In this document: in pieces, positions 23,901-33,239 of the stretch
Layout: each line of letters opens with the position of its first letter
Position numbering within the stretch: the stretch's first letter is position 1
Assembly (NCBI GenBank): GCA_963796685.1
Contig: CAWCMR010000013.1
Location: 64,001-128,000, forward strand
Origin: an uncultured delta proteobacterium
GTDB taxonomy: Bacteria > Myxococcota_A > Polyangia > Fen-1088
Reading direction: 5' to 3'
Length of the DNA stretch: 64,000 bases
Position numbers and translations under genes: made by a program
The notes under the pieces: model-generated
Databases searched by the model: none
The model's input: only the letters and a program-made list of their open reading frames with translations
Told to the model about the DNA's origin: nothing

Positions 23901-26900
23901 CGTCCTTGTGCTTGGTGATAGCGTAGGCAGGGGAACCACTTGGGGTGTAGGTCATCGCGATGGTCGGCGTGGACCCCTGGTCGTTCGGCCCTCGAACCTC
24001 CATCAAGCGGCCGAAACTATCGTAGTTGTAGCTCTCGACCTGGCCGTTGATGTCCGTGGTGTTATCATTTGCACCATAGAGGTAGTTCGGCGTGGCGAAG
24101 GAAGAGTATCCGAAGATCAGGTCGTCTACCTCGGTCTGGTAGGTCAGTGCCACGGTGTCGTACTTGTACTGCAGCTTGTACCCCCTCGAATCGGTGTGGG
24201 TATGCAGGTTGCCGAAGGAATCGTAGTCATAGGTATGGGTCGACGCCGTCCCATTGTAGGTGGCCTGGGTTGCTGGATCTTTGCCACCGTAGACATAGTT
24301 GGTCAGGGTTTGCACGGTTCCCACGCCCGGGAAATAGGTAGCCGAACGCGATCGCAGCGTCTTCCCCTGGCTATCGGTGGCTACAATGGAATTTGCCCGG
24401 GTAATGTGGGATCCGCTTTCTATCATGTACCCGACGTCGTACCGAACATCGTCGTTGGTGCTCTGTTCGTCGCCGTGATCGATGAGCAGTGTCAGGTTTC
24501 CGTCATCGTCAAAATCCCTGTCCTGCTGCCTCCATTTCGGCGGGGGTTGGGTGATATCGCTGGTCGAGCCCTCGTAGAGCAACGAATACCGATTCGTCTC
24601 CTTGGGGAAGAAGGTTCCTGTTCTAACGACCGAGAATGCTGGAGGCGTTGCATAAGTTATCTGACTCCCGCGCATGAGGTCCCCGGAGGGATCCCTTTCG
24701 TATTCGGCAGCGAGCAATCTCTTTTGGTAGTAGTTCTGATTCAAGTAGAACTGCTCGACCCTCGAGCCGTCACCTTCCCTGAACGAACCATTCTGCATGA
24801 TCCCACGGGTCGACGTAACGTGGCTGTAACCGTAGTTCTCGCGCTCGTCCCGGTCGTAGTGCCCGCTGGACAATCTCGGGGGCGCACCCGGGCCGTGAAC
24901 CGTGTAGTCGAAGACGGTGGTGTACTTGTTGGTCCGACCATCGTCGATGGTCACCTTGGACAACACCCACTGATTCTTGGGGTTGTCGAGGAGCGCAGTC
25001 GGATCGACCTGATTACCCTCACGGCCGTAGTCGAGGTCGAAGCCACCACCGAGCGGCCGGCTCACATGGTTGAGAAGGTTGGTCTTCCCGGTCGCATTGA
25101 GGCGCGCGTACACGGTGGCGTTTCCGTTGGCCTTCAGAACCTGATCGAGGGTCCCGTCGCCGTCGATGTCCTTGAAGGATTGGCTGGTCCAATTGTCGCC
25201 AGAGGACCAGGAGAAGCCGCCGCCGACTTCGAAGACCGGAGGTATGAACACACTGCCAGAGGCGCTGCCAGCGGAACCCTGCCCAACGGTGAAGGACAAT
25301 GCGTCCGGCGTACCCAAGCCGAAATCTGCGAGACCACCGGGCATTCCAGACGGAGCGCCAGCCGGCCAATCGCCGATGGGGATCTGCTTCTCGACATCGA
25401 ACTTGCTCCCCATGTTGAGCTTCACCCGCAAGCACCCTTGCTGCCCGCTGTCGCAGGACAGGCCAGGAGATCGCAGGACCTGATCAGGCAGGCCATCGCC
25501 GTTCACATCGACCATGTCGACCAACTGACGTATCAGTGTGTCGGACTTCGACCCGCCAAGCCCAATGCTGCCGCCGCCTGGGAGAGGCAACCCTCCTGCA
25601 AGCCCGCCCGAGTTCATCGATGTGTCTGTCACCCGCAAGGAGTCTGTCCGAAGGTCGTCGCCAAAGTAGGTGACGAGATCCTGCTGTGGACTGACCGTGT
25701 GAACAGAGGGCGACCATGGGCTCGCCGGCCACTTTATCTCGGCACTGAACCTGTACCCGAGATTTAGGCGTACGAATACGTTCCCGCTTCCCGAATCGCT
25801 TCGGACGTGATCAGGTAGACCGTCGCCGTTGATGTCGATGAGATCGGTCGCTGTTGCCGCCACCCCGTAGGACAGTCCGGCCCCGGCGCCGAAGAATCCG
25901 ACAGGAGTACCTGAACTGTCAGTAAGGGTGACGAGATTTCCTGCTGATGCGCCAAGATGAACGCTCCGGAATTCAGTGTGACGCGGATCGCCATATGGAA
26001 GCGTGCCCGTTCCTACCGAGCTCTCGAACTGCGCGCCGGTGTTGAACCGAACACCCGCGCCGGTGACCGAGTCGGCGTAGCCGTCACCGTTCATATCCAT
26101 GAGCTCTACTGTGGTCGTGGACGATCCCGTGTTGAACCCAGCATTTGCAGGCCCAATTCCAAATTCCAAGCCCTTGTTGCCCGATTCGGAAATACGCACG
26201 GGGTGCTCTGTTTCGCAGAAGAGCGGATCGAACAAGCCGGTGAACGATCCCAATAGGCCAAATCCCTCTCCAAGACCCGACGCGAACGTCTGGACCCCGC
26301 CGCCGAGCACATCTTCGACTTGACCCACGACGCGTCCGCCGTAGTGGGCGATCGACGTAACGGCATCAATGGGGTTGAGCGACAGCTTGACCTTGGCCTG
26401 GGCTTGGTCCGTCAGGACCGGAGCCGGAATGATCAGCATGGGAAAGAAGTCGTGGACAGACGCCTGTGGGTCGAAGGCTATCTGTGATTCGGTGAGCGAC
26501 TTCGATCCATTCCAGTCACCGTACGACCATCCGTGGTACCCGCCGCCCATCACGTCCACAACGCCGACCCCGGAAGGATCTGGCGTTGAGCCATCAGCTC
26601 TGACCTTGATGTTGAGGGGACAGTCTGTTTCCTGAACCTTCGGGGCCCAGGAGATGGCGCCGCTAACGTCGGTGTCCGAATAGACAGTGAAAAACAGCTG
26701 ATCGCCGGTCTGGAGAGGCGGGGTCGTGAGGTCCATCGGTACGGTGCCGATTTCGTTCGGCTGGAAGACGTGCTTGAGAAACAGGCCATTTACACCCTGG
26801 ATCGCGGCAACTACCCGGCTCGGCGTCGCGAATGATTTGGTGAACGATCCAGTGATAGCTTCAGTCCCATCCACGGTGGTGACGAAGGTCTTCGTCGCAG

Positions 26901-28944
26901 TCCCCGGCTGGAAACGGAACAGCGGGAAAAAGACCACTGCTTGCTGCTTGAGGATTCCGCTCGGCACTGGGAAATAGGGCTGCGGATCTCCTGCCATAGT
27001 GCAGGTGACTGGCGTCGAGGAGCATGTCACGTTGCCGCAGACCGTTGTTCCAGTGGTGGGGTCGAGGCGGCAGTAGTTTTGATAGGTAACGACCGGCTGC
27101 CAGGCCACTCGTTGCGGGTCGATGGGAAGATCGGACAGCACCTGAAAGGACAGCTTGTCGCCGGCCTGCACTGCAACACCATCGAGTATTGTCGGCACGG
27201 TACTGGCAGAGTTCCCTGGGAGGGTCTGCGACAGCCGAACGGTGGAAGGCGAACCGTCCGAGTGATCCTGGACGATCCGAATCTGAACATCGTCGCTCGT
27301 GCTGCTTTTTACTACCTGTCCGTCGATTCGTACGCTGCCGCTCGAGTCCGCCGACCAAGGGACGAATGCTCGCCCTACGGTGCGCAGATCTGCGCTTTGC
27401 GAGAAGCGATAGATGAAGGATCCCTCCGGCTCGCGAAGGCTCTGCTGGGTCGGCGTCAGTGGCACGGAATCTACGGATTGATATGTAAACTGGGGATCCC
27501 AAGCGATCACCTTGCCTGGTGAGTTGACAGAGCTGAGCTGCATATAGATTCTATCACCAGCTTCCACGGGAATGCTGAGCCCGCCCGTGCAACTGTTGTT
27601 CGGCCCAGGGCTGCAAGGTGGATCGCTCGGCCCGATGACCGCGCTCCAAACCTTGATGAGATCACTCTGCGGGACTGATCCAGGAGATCCTGTCATCGAG
27701 AACAGCCCCCCGATGCCTTTCCAGATCGTGGTTACAACTCCCTCGCCTGCATCGACGATCCCATTCCCAATGGTGCCTCCGACTCCCAGCACGCCTGACA
27801 CCGGCGCCCAAAGCCTGCCGATAGTATCCGCGCCGATGGCCTCAATTGGCCCAAGCAGATTTTGCAAGCTACAGGTCGTGTGACTGATTGCGTAGTTGTT
27901 CCACGCTTGGGCCGGCGTGAAACCATTGTTACGATCGTTGAGGCGAACCGTCAGCCCTGAGCTGGTTGGAATCACCTGGTCCAGATAGCCGTCGCCGTCC
28001 ATATCCGCCAGGGTTCGGACTTCGCGCGCTGTATTTGCCCAGTCGAAATTCCCTTGCGCGGTGCCGATCCCAGAGAAGCCGCCCCGAAGATTGACGATGT
28101 GTCGGTTGGTCTTCGAAAGCGGAGCCAGCCCCGAAAGCAACCCGCCGAAGAAGCCTCCGCCGCCAGGCCCATCAAAATTGTCGGTTTGCAGGGGCGTGAA
28201 CTGGCCCGCAAACAGATCCACGCTGGATCGGTCGCCACCGCTGACCAAGCCGCCGAGATCCAGTAGACCGTCACTGCCGACGCCGTCGGGTAGCCCGTCG
28301 CCGTTCATGTCTGTCGTGTCCCACTTGACTGTCTCGCCGGACACCGTATCGCTCACGCCGACTTCCAGGGTCTCAAGCCCGGGTATTCCCAATCCGCCGT
28401 GCCCGCTCGACGAAGATGTACTTTCGGTTGCATGGTTGGTACCATCCGCGGTCCTAGGGTTCCCATCCGCCTTCGCTACGGTCGCCCATTCGACCGGTGG
28501 CTGGAAAACGTCCAGCGTGTCGAGCCCGCTCGGATTTTGCTCGATCGGCGTCGAAAAGTAGGAGAAGTCGTGGTGGTAGAATGACGTCTCCGCGTCAAGG
28601 CCTCGAACCTCGATCGAGCTCAGAAGGGTCTTCTCGAGGTTAGCGGACGCCGGTGGTTGGTAGGAAAGGTTGTATTGCCGAATGATGCGCGATCCGTAGC
28701 GAACATTGATTTGCGTAAGGAGGCACCTGGTCAGTTCCTGGAATCCGGGACGCCCATCGATGATTTCGTCCTGCCGATTGCAGGATGATCCGTTAGCGTC
28801 GCCTCGGATGAGGTCGACGTGGTAGGCAGCCTGCAACCCGGTCGTCGCATTGGAGGTGTAGTCGATGAGGGAGGGATAGATCTGTGCGAAGGGCTCCGGG
28901 TTGTCACTCGTCGACGCGCTGTCACTCTGGTAGGTGACTTTCAT
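20908..28944 (-). CDS. Giant RHS/YD polymorphic toxin, C-terminal part (FG-GAP repeats, TcB-like middle, RHS core, toxin tip); separated from its N-terminal part by ISL3
   Basis: Six Dx(N/D)GDGxxD repeats, YD repeats, HPDHLGS, GARYYDP, NNPVVLRDPNG autoproteolysis motif, 185-aa variable tip. Confidence 0.93.
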   Translation of the reverse strand: MKVTYQSDSASTSDNPEPFAQIYPSLIDYTSNATTGLQAAYHVDLIRGDANGSSCNRQDEIIDGRPGFQELTRCLLTQINVRYGSRIIRQYNLSYQPPASANLEKTLLSSIEVRGLDAETSFYHHDFSYFSTPIEQNPSGLDTLDVFQPPVEWATVAKADGNPRTADGTNHATESTSSSSGHGGLGIPGLETLEVGVSDTVSGETVKWDTTDMNGDGLPDGVGSDGLLDLGGLVSGGDRSSVDLFAGQFTPLQTDNFDGPGGGGFFGGLLSGLAPLSKTNRHIVNLRGGFSGIGTAQGNFDWANTAREVRTLADMDGDGYLDQVIPTSSGLTVRLNDRNNGFTPAQAWNNYAISHTTCSLQNLLGPIEAIGADTIGRLWAPVSGVLGVGGTIGNGIVDAGEGVVTTIWKGIGGLFSMTGSPGSVPQSDLIKVWSAVIGPSDPPCSPGPNNSCTGGLSIPVEAGDRIYMQLSSVNSPGKVIAWDPQFTYQSVDSVPLTPTQQSLREPEGSFIYRFSQSADLRTVGRAFVPWSADSSGSVRIDGQVVKSSTSDDVQIRIVQDHSDGSPSTVRLSQTLPGNSASTVPTILDGVAVQAGDKLSFQVLSDLPIDPQRVAWQPVVTYQNYCRLDPTTGTTVCGNVTCSSTPVTCTMAGDPQPYFPVPSGILKQQAVVFFPLFRFQPGTATKTFVTTVDGTEAITGSFTKSFATPSRVVAAIQGVNGLFLKHVFQPNEIGTVPMDLTTPPLQTGDQLFFTVYSDTDVSGAISWAPKVQETDCPLNIKVRADGSTPDPSGVGVVDVMGGGYHGWSYGDWNGSKSLTESQIAFDPQASVHDFFPMLIIPAPVLTDQAQAKVKLSLNPIDAVTSIAHYGGRVVGQVEDVLGGGVQTFASGLGEGFGLLGSFTGLFDPLFCETEHPVRISESGNKGLEFGIGPANAGFNTGSSTTTVELMDMNGDGYADSVTGAGVRFNTGAQFESSVGTGTLPYGDPRHTEFRSVHLGASAGNLVTLTDSSGTPVGFFGAGAGLSYGVAATATDLIDINGDGLPDHVRSDSGSGNVFVRLNLGYRFSAEIKWPASPWSPSVHTVSPQQDLVTYFGDDLRTDSLRVTDTSMNSGGLAGGLPLPGGGSIGLGGSKSDTLIRQLVDMVDVNGDGLPDQVLRSPGLSCDSGQQGCLRVKLNMGSKFDVEKQIPIGDWPAGAPSGMPGGLADFGLGTPDALSFTVGQGSAGSASGSVFIPPVFEVGGGFSWSSGDNWTSQSFKDIDGDGTLDQVLKANGNATVYARLNATGKTNLLNHVSRPLGGGFDLDYGREGNQVDPTALLDNPKNQWVLSKVTIDDGRTNKYTTVFDYTVHGPGAPPRLSSGHYDRDERENYGYSHVTSTRGIMQNGSFREGDGSRVEQFYLNQNYYQKRLLAAEYERDPSGDLMRGSQITYATPPAFSVVRTGTFFPKETNRYSLLYEGSTSDITQPPPKWRQQDRDFDDDGNLTLLIDHGDEQSTNDDVRYDVGYMIESGSHITRANSIVATDSQGKTLRSRSATYFPGVGTVQTLTNYVYGGKDPATQATYNGTASTHTYDYDSFGNLHTHTDSRGYKLQYKYDTVALTYQTEVDDLIFGYSSFATPNYLYGANDNTTDINGQVESYNYDSFGRLMEVRGPNDQGSTPTIAMTYTPSGSPAYAITKHKDVQHSSDTIDTVTFIDGLERVIQTKKDLEFDVTGTGSTLTGMSVSGLVSFDRRGRVATQDQPVFDQGPETTFVIAPSLHPTAYVYDSLGRTIKVIGPDNATTTTQYFVSTADPSVSGTWLATLVTDAMGNAAGAAANTGQKITYDDSVGRRIAVKEYNQIGTSTSLTPLITQYQYNAMGEMLKVVDAKLKETTAEYDTLGQMVALTSPDAGKTEYLYDLNGNLGAKQTAVLAGQTKFIKYVYETSSNRLKTIDYPNMTDVTYTYGTNAEKGGTGNLAGRVKQVTMEGGSETRTYDKMGNVNKTVTSLKHMAQPSLANQVFTMKFSYDSFGRMQTMTFPNWIDNNWANIAGEGELVSYFYDRGGNIDRITGHQQTTNPQHPEFVKDFAYLNHMGYDEFEQRRIMTSGNGIVSKYGYDPLTRRLQTINAASLGQQERQLHKPATPFHAMHYYYDLVGNITKVENASTVYTWQNASVRTGPMRMQYTYDNLYQLTGATGEYRPDRGYGYDYTSTFQYDETANLQKKSQLERRLVWDNQNPPAGLAALDGYRFDHTVSSYSYTLDYTYAGARPHAASKIKETSSTGSANDHVVSYDGNGNNTGNVYMGATRTLTWDEESRLKEVKDATVSRGKFLYSPDGERTQRQTSAGDAFYVNQFFVLQPSGILPTKHIFAGETRIVTKTDPISQVPMISYYHPDHLGSTSYTSAGDQTLLQHERYFPFGERDTGDQEECDLGRPDNMRRSWIFNSKELDFDTGYYYFGARYYDPKTSVWQSAEPALADFMHGGGLTGGALTPSNLAVFTYSRNNPVVLRDPNGRESAIVVMTDMQLRAGVPWEETSIVRQTKLEAPTAAGVGKAALAIASLPIAAGVAAFGEGTANAPGPNDVEIPARTTEDIVRDVAPFVMVPVVAEVFGKAGGPLNTQQATNLARFEKKLPAGAGPTSVEKLKSGGAAFRAEVPGRVPGSKAIYQKTVGPKGNTEGYIKTTVDPAGKVVHVKQKYP

Positions 28945-30268
28945 GGCTCCTCGCTATTTGGAATGGATTGAATTGGGAAATGCACAGGGAAGTCTGAAGT
29001 CCAGTTTTGACAGCAGCAGATAAATCACAGTCTTCATTTTGCGCGCGGAGCGAAAGCCACGCGCCCGCGCCTTGGCCGCCTGGATGAGGCTGTTGAGTCC
29101 TTCCAAGAGACCATTCGTCAGGCCTGACATGAACCATCTCATCACGCCTGCCTGGTGCGCCTTGAGGGTCTTGGCGGCCCTGATGACGGGTTCCAATCGG
29201 CTATGGGTGGCCCAGAAATACCAGCGCTGAAACCACGCCTCCGCTTCATCCGCACTCAGGCTATACAACTCCTGTAGCATGAGCTTGATGTGGTAGGCCC
29301 GCGCAGTGGCCAATTTGGAGGAGCGCAAGACCGCGAAGTGCTCCCTGTTCTCGGATTTGATGTTGGCCTCGTTCCTCAGCCAGTCGTGGCGCGTGCCCTT
29401 CAACTCCGGAGAGGACTTCTGCTCCTGCCTTCGCACCTCATCGATTGCGTCGTTCATGAGTTGGATGACATGGAACCTGTCGAAGGTTAGGTGCGCCGCC
29501 GGAAACGTCTCCAAGATGCCCTTGATGAATGCCTGCGACATGTCGAGACTGAAGTCCGTCACCTTCTTCACGTCTCCACCGTGAGCGAGCAGATCGTCCT
29601 TGAAACAAGCCACCGTGCCGTGATCTTTCCCCTCCGTGACGAACAAGACTTTCGCCGCAACCATGTCGGCAAAGACCGTGACATAGACGTGGTTCTTCTG
29701 CCGCGAAGTCTCGTCGACGCCAACCTCGGCGACCTGGCTGTAGTCGGCTCGCTCACGGGCCTCGTCCACGTAGTGTTCCAGGATGCGCCACAGGAGCGTG
29801 TCATGCTCGCCGACGATGCGACCGACCGCCGCCACCGTGAGGCCGTTGCGTGCCAGTTCCACCACCATCGCCTCGAAGAGAAGGGTGAAGTTCGACCCGC
29901 CACGAGCCCATGGCACATCGACCGTCAAGACGCCGTGCTTGTCACACTTGGTTCGAGGTTGTCTTGCCTCGACATAGGTGAGGTACTGGAAGAAGTTCAG
30001 GTGTCGCCATGTCTGCGGCGAGGCATCGTGTACCTTGCAAGCATCGCCACACGTAGGGCAAGGGAAGGTGCTCCCCGGCTTGAAGTCGACTTTGATGTCG
30101 AGGCGCTTCTTCTCGGCGTCAAGGTTCAGCTCTACGACCTCCCATGGATTGACCATGCCGAGAGCCACTGTAAAAAGCGCATTGACGTCAAGACCAGAAC
30201 TTGGATTTTGCACCACGGAAGATTAGCGGAACAACCAACCTCGCGTCCATTTTAGACAGCGAGGAGCC
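28945..30268 (-). mobile_element. ISL3-family insertion sequence, 1324 bp
   Basis: Imperfect terminal IRs GGCTCCTCGCTatttggAATGGA / GGCTCCTCGCTgtctaaAATGGA; 8-bp target duplication ACTTTCAT at 28937-28944 and 30269-30276. Confidence 0.95.
28954..30216 (-). CDS. ISL3-family transposase
   Basis: CPTCG zinc finger, WRHLNFFQ, GVDETS, DMS, DRFHV, TNGLLEGLNSLIQAAKARARGF. Confidence 0.96.
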   Translation of the reverse strand: MVQNPSSGLDVNALFTVALGMVNPWEVVELNLDAEKKRLDIKVDFKPGSTFPCPTCGDACKVHDASPQTWRHLNFFQYLTYVEARQPRTKCDKHGVLTVDVPWARGGSNFTLLFEAMVVELARNGLTVAAVGRIVGEHDTLLWRILEHYVDEARERADYSQVAEVGVDETSRQKNHVYVTVFADMVAAKVLFVTEGKDHGTVACFKDDLLAHGGDVKKVTDFSLDMSQAFIKGILETFPAAHLTFDRFHVIQLMNDAIDEVRRQEQKSSPELKGTRHDWLRNEANIKSENREHFAVLRSSKLATARAYHIKLMLQELYSLSADEAEAWFQRWYFWATHSRLEPVIRAAKTLKAHQAGVMRWFMSGLTNGLLEGLNSLIQAAKARARGFRSARKMKTVIYLLLSKLDFRLPCAFPNSIHSK

Positions 30269-32970
30269 ACTTTCATTTCGTTGCCGAACGGATCGGCCAC
30301 GCGAGAGGTGGACCAGCGAAAGATGTTTCCCGATGGTCCTGCGGGATCGGAGAGGCGGGCGGTACTGGTCTCTCCGTAGTAAGTCTTGGTGCCATTCTTG
30401 TCGGTGACGAGCCAGGTAAATGTGTCGGGGGTGGTGCCGAACCGCTGAATCCAGTCGAACGCTCCTTCGACTCGCCTGACGAAGTAGTAGCCGCCGGGCG
30501 GCGCGCCCGAAGGTTGCGTGGGCTGGCCATTCGCGTCCACCATCAGCGTGAGCATCTGACCGTCCAGGAGATAGGTCTCCGTTCCATCATACTTCGGCAC
30601 GCCGAACCGCGTGTCGATCTGGATGGCGGACATCCGCAGATCCCACCCAACGCCAAGCCACCCGTTGCGGCTCTCGCTGCTGTAGGTGATAGCCAGATTT
30701 GGCCGGATCCCTCGCCGCCCTGGCGGCACTTCGATGGGGAAGTAAAGCTCCGCGGTGCCGCGAGAATTAGCTACCGGAGGTTCGATGACGTCGATTCCCG
30801 CCGCCGGATTCGCCACCTTGATGTCCTTCATCGAGGTCGGATTGAGCGACTGCGTTCCAGGACTTTCCGGTGTGGCGATAGTGGCATTGATAAAGTCGGT
30901 GAAGTGTTCGCTGAGCGCCAGCAGCGCGCCCTTACCTTGCGCCAGGAGGCCGACCTGTTGCCATTTCTTCAGGCCTTCGTCGTAGTAGAAGGTTCTTACG
31001 TCAGCTTCGGTATACCCCTGGGGAATGAGTCCCTTGTCGTAGGGCAAGGCCACCTTCACGGGCTTCTTGAACACCATGCCGTGTGGACCGAAGCGGTATG
31101 CCTGCTGGCCAGGGGTTACGTTGGTCATTCCTGGGTCCATGGTGGCTATCTTGTCGGTGGCCAGTGGGCGGATCGAGACGCGCACGTCCCGCTCTACCGC
31201 GCCAGCCGGAATCTCCACCGTCGCATCGGCGAATGACAGTGTTGTGGTCGTCTTTGGACGTGCTACGCCGATGTAAGGCGCACCGCTGTCCTCCATCGGC
31301 TGGTGCATGTGGCCGTCGTCGCCCCTCACCAGGGCGGGTTGTTCCACGCAGCCATCGACGGGAACCGTTCGTCGCACCCGAACGCCGCCGACATAGCGGG
31401 CCTCGACGTTCAACTGGAAGGCGCGCTTGCCTTTGCCTCCTGTTTCGCGGTCCGAGACCTCAAACGACAAGCTGCCATCTCCTGAAATCGCATCCTCCCT
31501 GCGGATACCATTGACGAACAAACTGGCGGGACCCGCTGGATCGATGAAGCCCCGTACGTAAACTCTATGATTCAGGCACTCGCCCGACAGCGGGTAGGTG
31601 ATGTGGATTCTCGGCGCGTCGTCCACGGGAAGCGGGCTCGCGCTGATGGCCAGCTCGGAAATGGCTATGGACTGCTCCTTCCCGGCGGTCAGGGCCAGCC
31701 GCAGCTTCTGGCTGGCCGGCAGGTTGGCCAAGGGAACGCGGTGCCAACCAGAGGCGAAACCGCTGAGATCGATGCTGGCTTTGGCCGAAGTGCGCTTGTC
31801 GCCGGCCCAGATTTGCAACGTTCCCACGCCCGCCTTCGGCAGGCGAAACTCAACTGCCTCGGGCTGGGACGTCGTGGCAAAGGTCCAATCCCGTATATCG
31901 ACTTTCTTGGCATGCGTTCCTTCCCAAACCGAATCATCGCTGCCGTCGAGCAGCGCACGCCAAGCGTCCGGGTCTGCCAGCGTGTTGTGCGAAGGCGGGA
32001 CACCGACAATGCGCAGATTTTTCACCTGGTAGCCAACCGGGTCCGATTCGTCGGCCGGCAGGAATTGGACGATATTCTCACCACGACGAAGCCATCGAGA
32101 GGAAATCTCTTCCACTTGCAACCCGCCGGGGGCTCCGAGCGTCGCCCCGGAACGGCCCATGGGACTGTTGCCGTTGATAGTGCGCATGGCTGCCGTGAAA
32201 TGCGACAACCCGGCCAGCTCGTATACCAAGAAAACCCGGTCGAAGAGCCCTGGATCCTCGCCGAGTCTGACGTGATAGGTGCCACCTTCACCCCCGCCAA
32301 ACACGCTTGCTACCGAAATCGGCAGCGCACCACCGGTGCCTTTGAATTCCCGAGCCCCGGGCGGTAGGCCTTTGAACAGAGCGTCCGGTAGTCGCGAGGG
32401 TTCCTGCGCCAGTGGGCCTTCTTCAAGAAATTGCCCCCAGAGCTCAATCTCTCGCAACATCGCACCTGGGTGCGAGGGCCGCCACTCGATGGTGAGGGAA
32501 TCCGTCGAAGTCGGGTTGGCAAGCTCGAAGCGGTTCCATCGCGGCCCGTTTCTCCGAAGATCGATCACCTGTTCCACGGCTTTTCCACCGTCAGGTATGA
32601 TGGCGAGGGCACCCTCGGCATCATCATAGACACCCAATTTCTGCACCACCGCGGCTCTTGGTAATTGCAGCCTGAATCTGGCCGGTCCCTCGGTAACAAG
32701 CCCGATTCCGGCTCGCTCGTCGAACAAGGTTTCTAGCTGCGTCGGGTCACTTACGGAGTCGAGACTATTGAAACGAACCGGCCGAATACGTTCGACGGGC
32801 CCGGTTGCAGCGGTAGCGCCGTCTTGTCCAGGGGGAGCAGGGAGCGCTCGTTGAGAGGTAGGACTGCCGGCAAAGACGAGCTGCCATTGGCCGACTACCA
32901 TGCTGGCCAACACCAACCAAGCCATGAATTGAGCGCCCTGGGACTTCCGACCACGTGTGCCTAGTACCAT
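30269..32970 (-). CDS. Giant RHS toxin, N-terminal part (signal peptide, beta-sandwich domains, ZU5-like, SpvB); reads into the IS and stops at 30223
   Basis: GAGGAGG RBS; hydrophobic signal ending VFA; FGPHGMVFKKPVKVALPY...HFTDF (ZU5-like); PIEVPPGRRG..PNLAITYSS...NGWLGVGWDL (SpvB); DPFGNEMKV joins in frame to MKVTY after IS removal. Confidence 0.9.
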
Positions 32971-33239
32971 GGAAGAGCCTCCTCACCCGCGCCCGCAGCT
33001 ACCGCTTAGACATGTTAGGTGTCTAGCCGGAGCGCAGCAGTCTGACTAACACAAGGAGGAAGGTGAACACAATACCCATTTTTCCGCTGCATCAGAATTG
33101 TTGCGGAGGAGCCTAGTCAACCAACAGTGAATGGTTCTAAGGGATGTCTCCGTCCTTGGTGTCGACATCCGCTGTATTGGGGCTCACTTCGCCCCCTTTT
33201 CCACCCGCTGTTCTCTCCCTCCGGCCTCTGTGCTCTCTC

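Noticed and set aside
21562-25767. Long plus-strand ORFs (574 and 699 aa) opposite the RHS gene, and similar antisense ORFs window-wide
   Set aside because: Shadow ORFs expected in high-GC DNA; no recognisable motifs
17200-33200. Integrative element or prophage boundaries for the toxin island
   Set aside because: No integrase, tRNA or att-like flanking repeat recognised; only the ISL3 is supported
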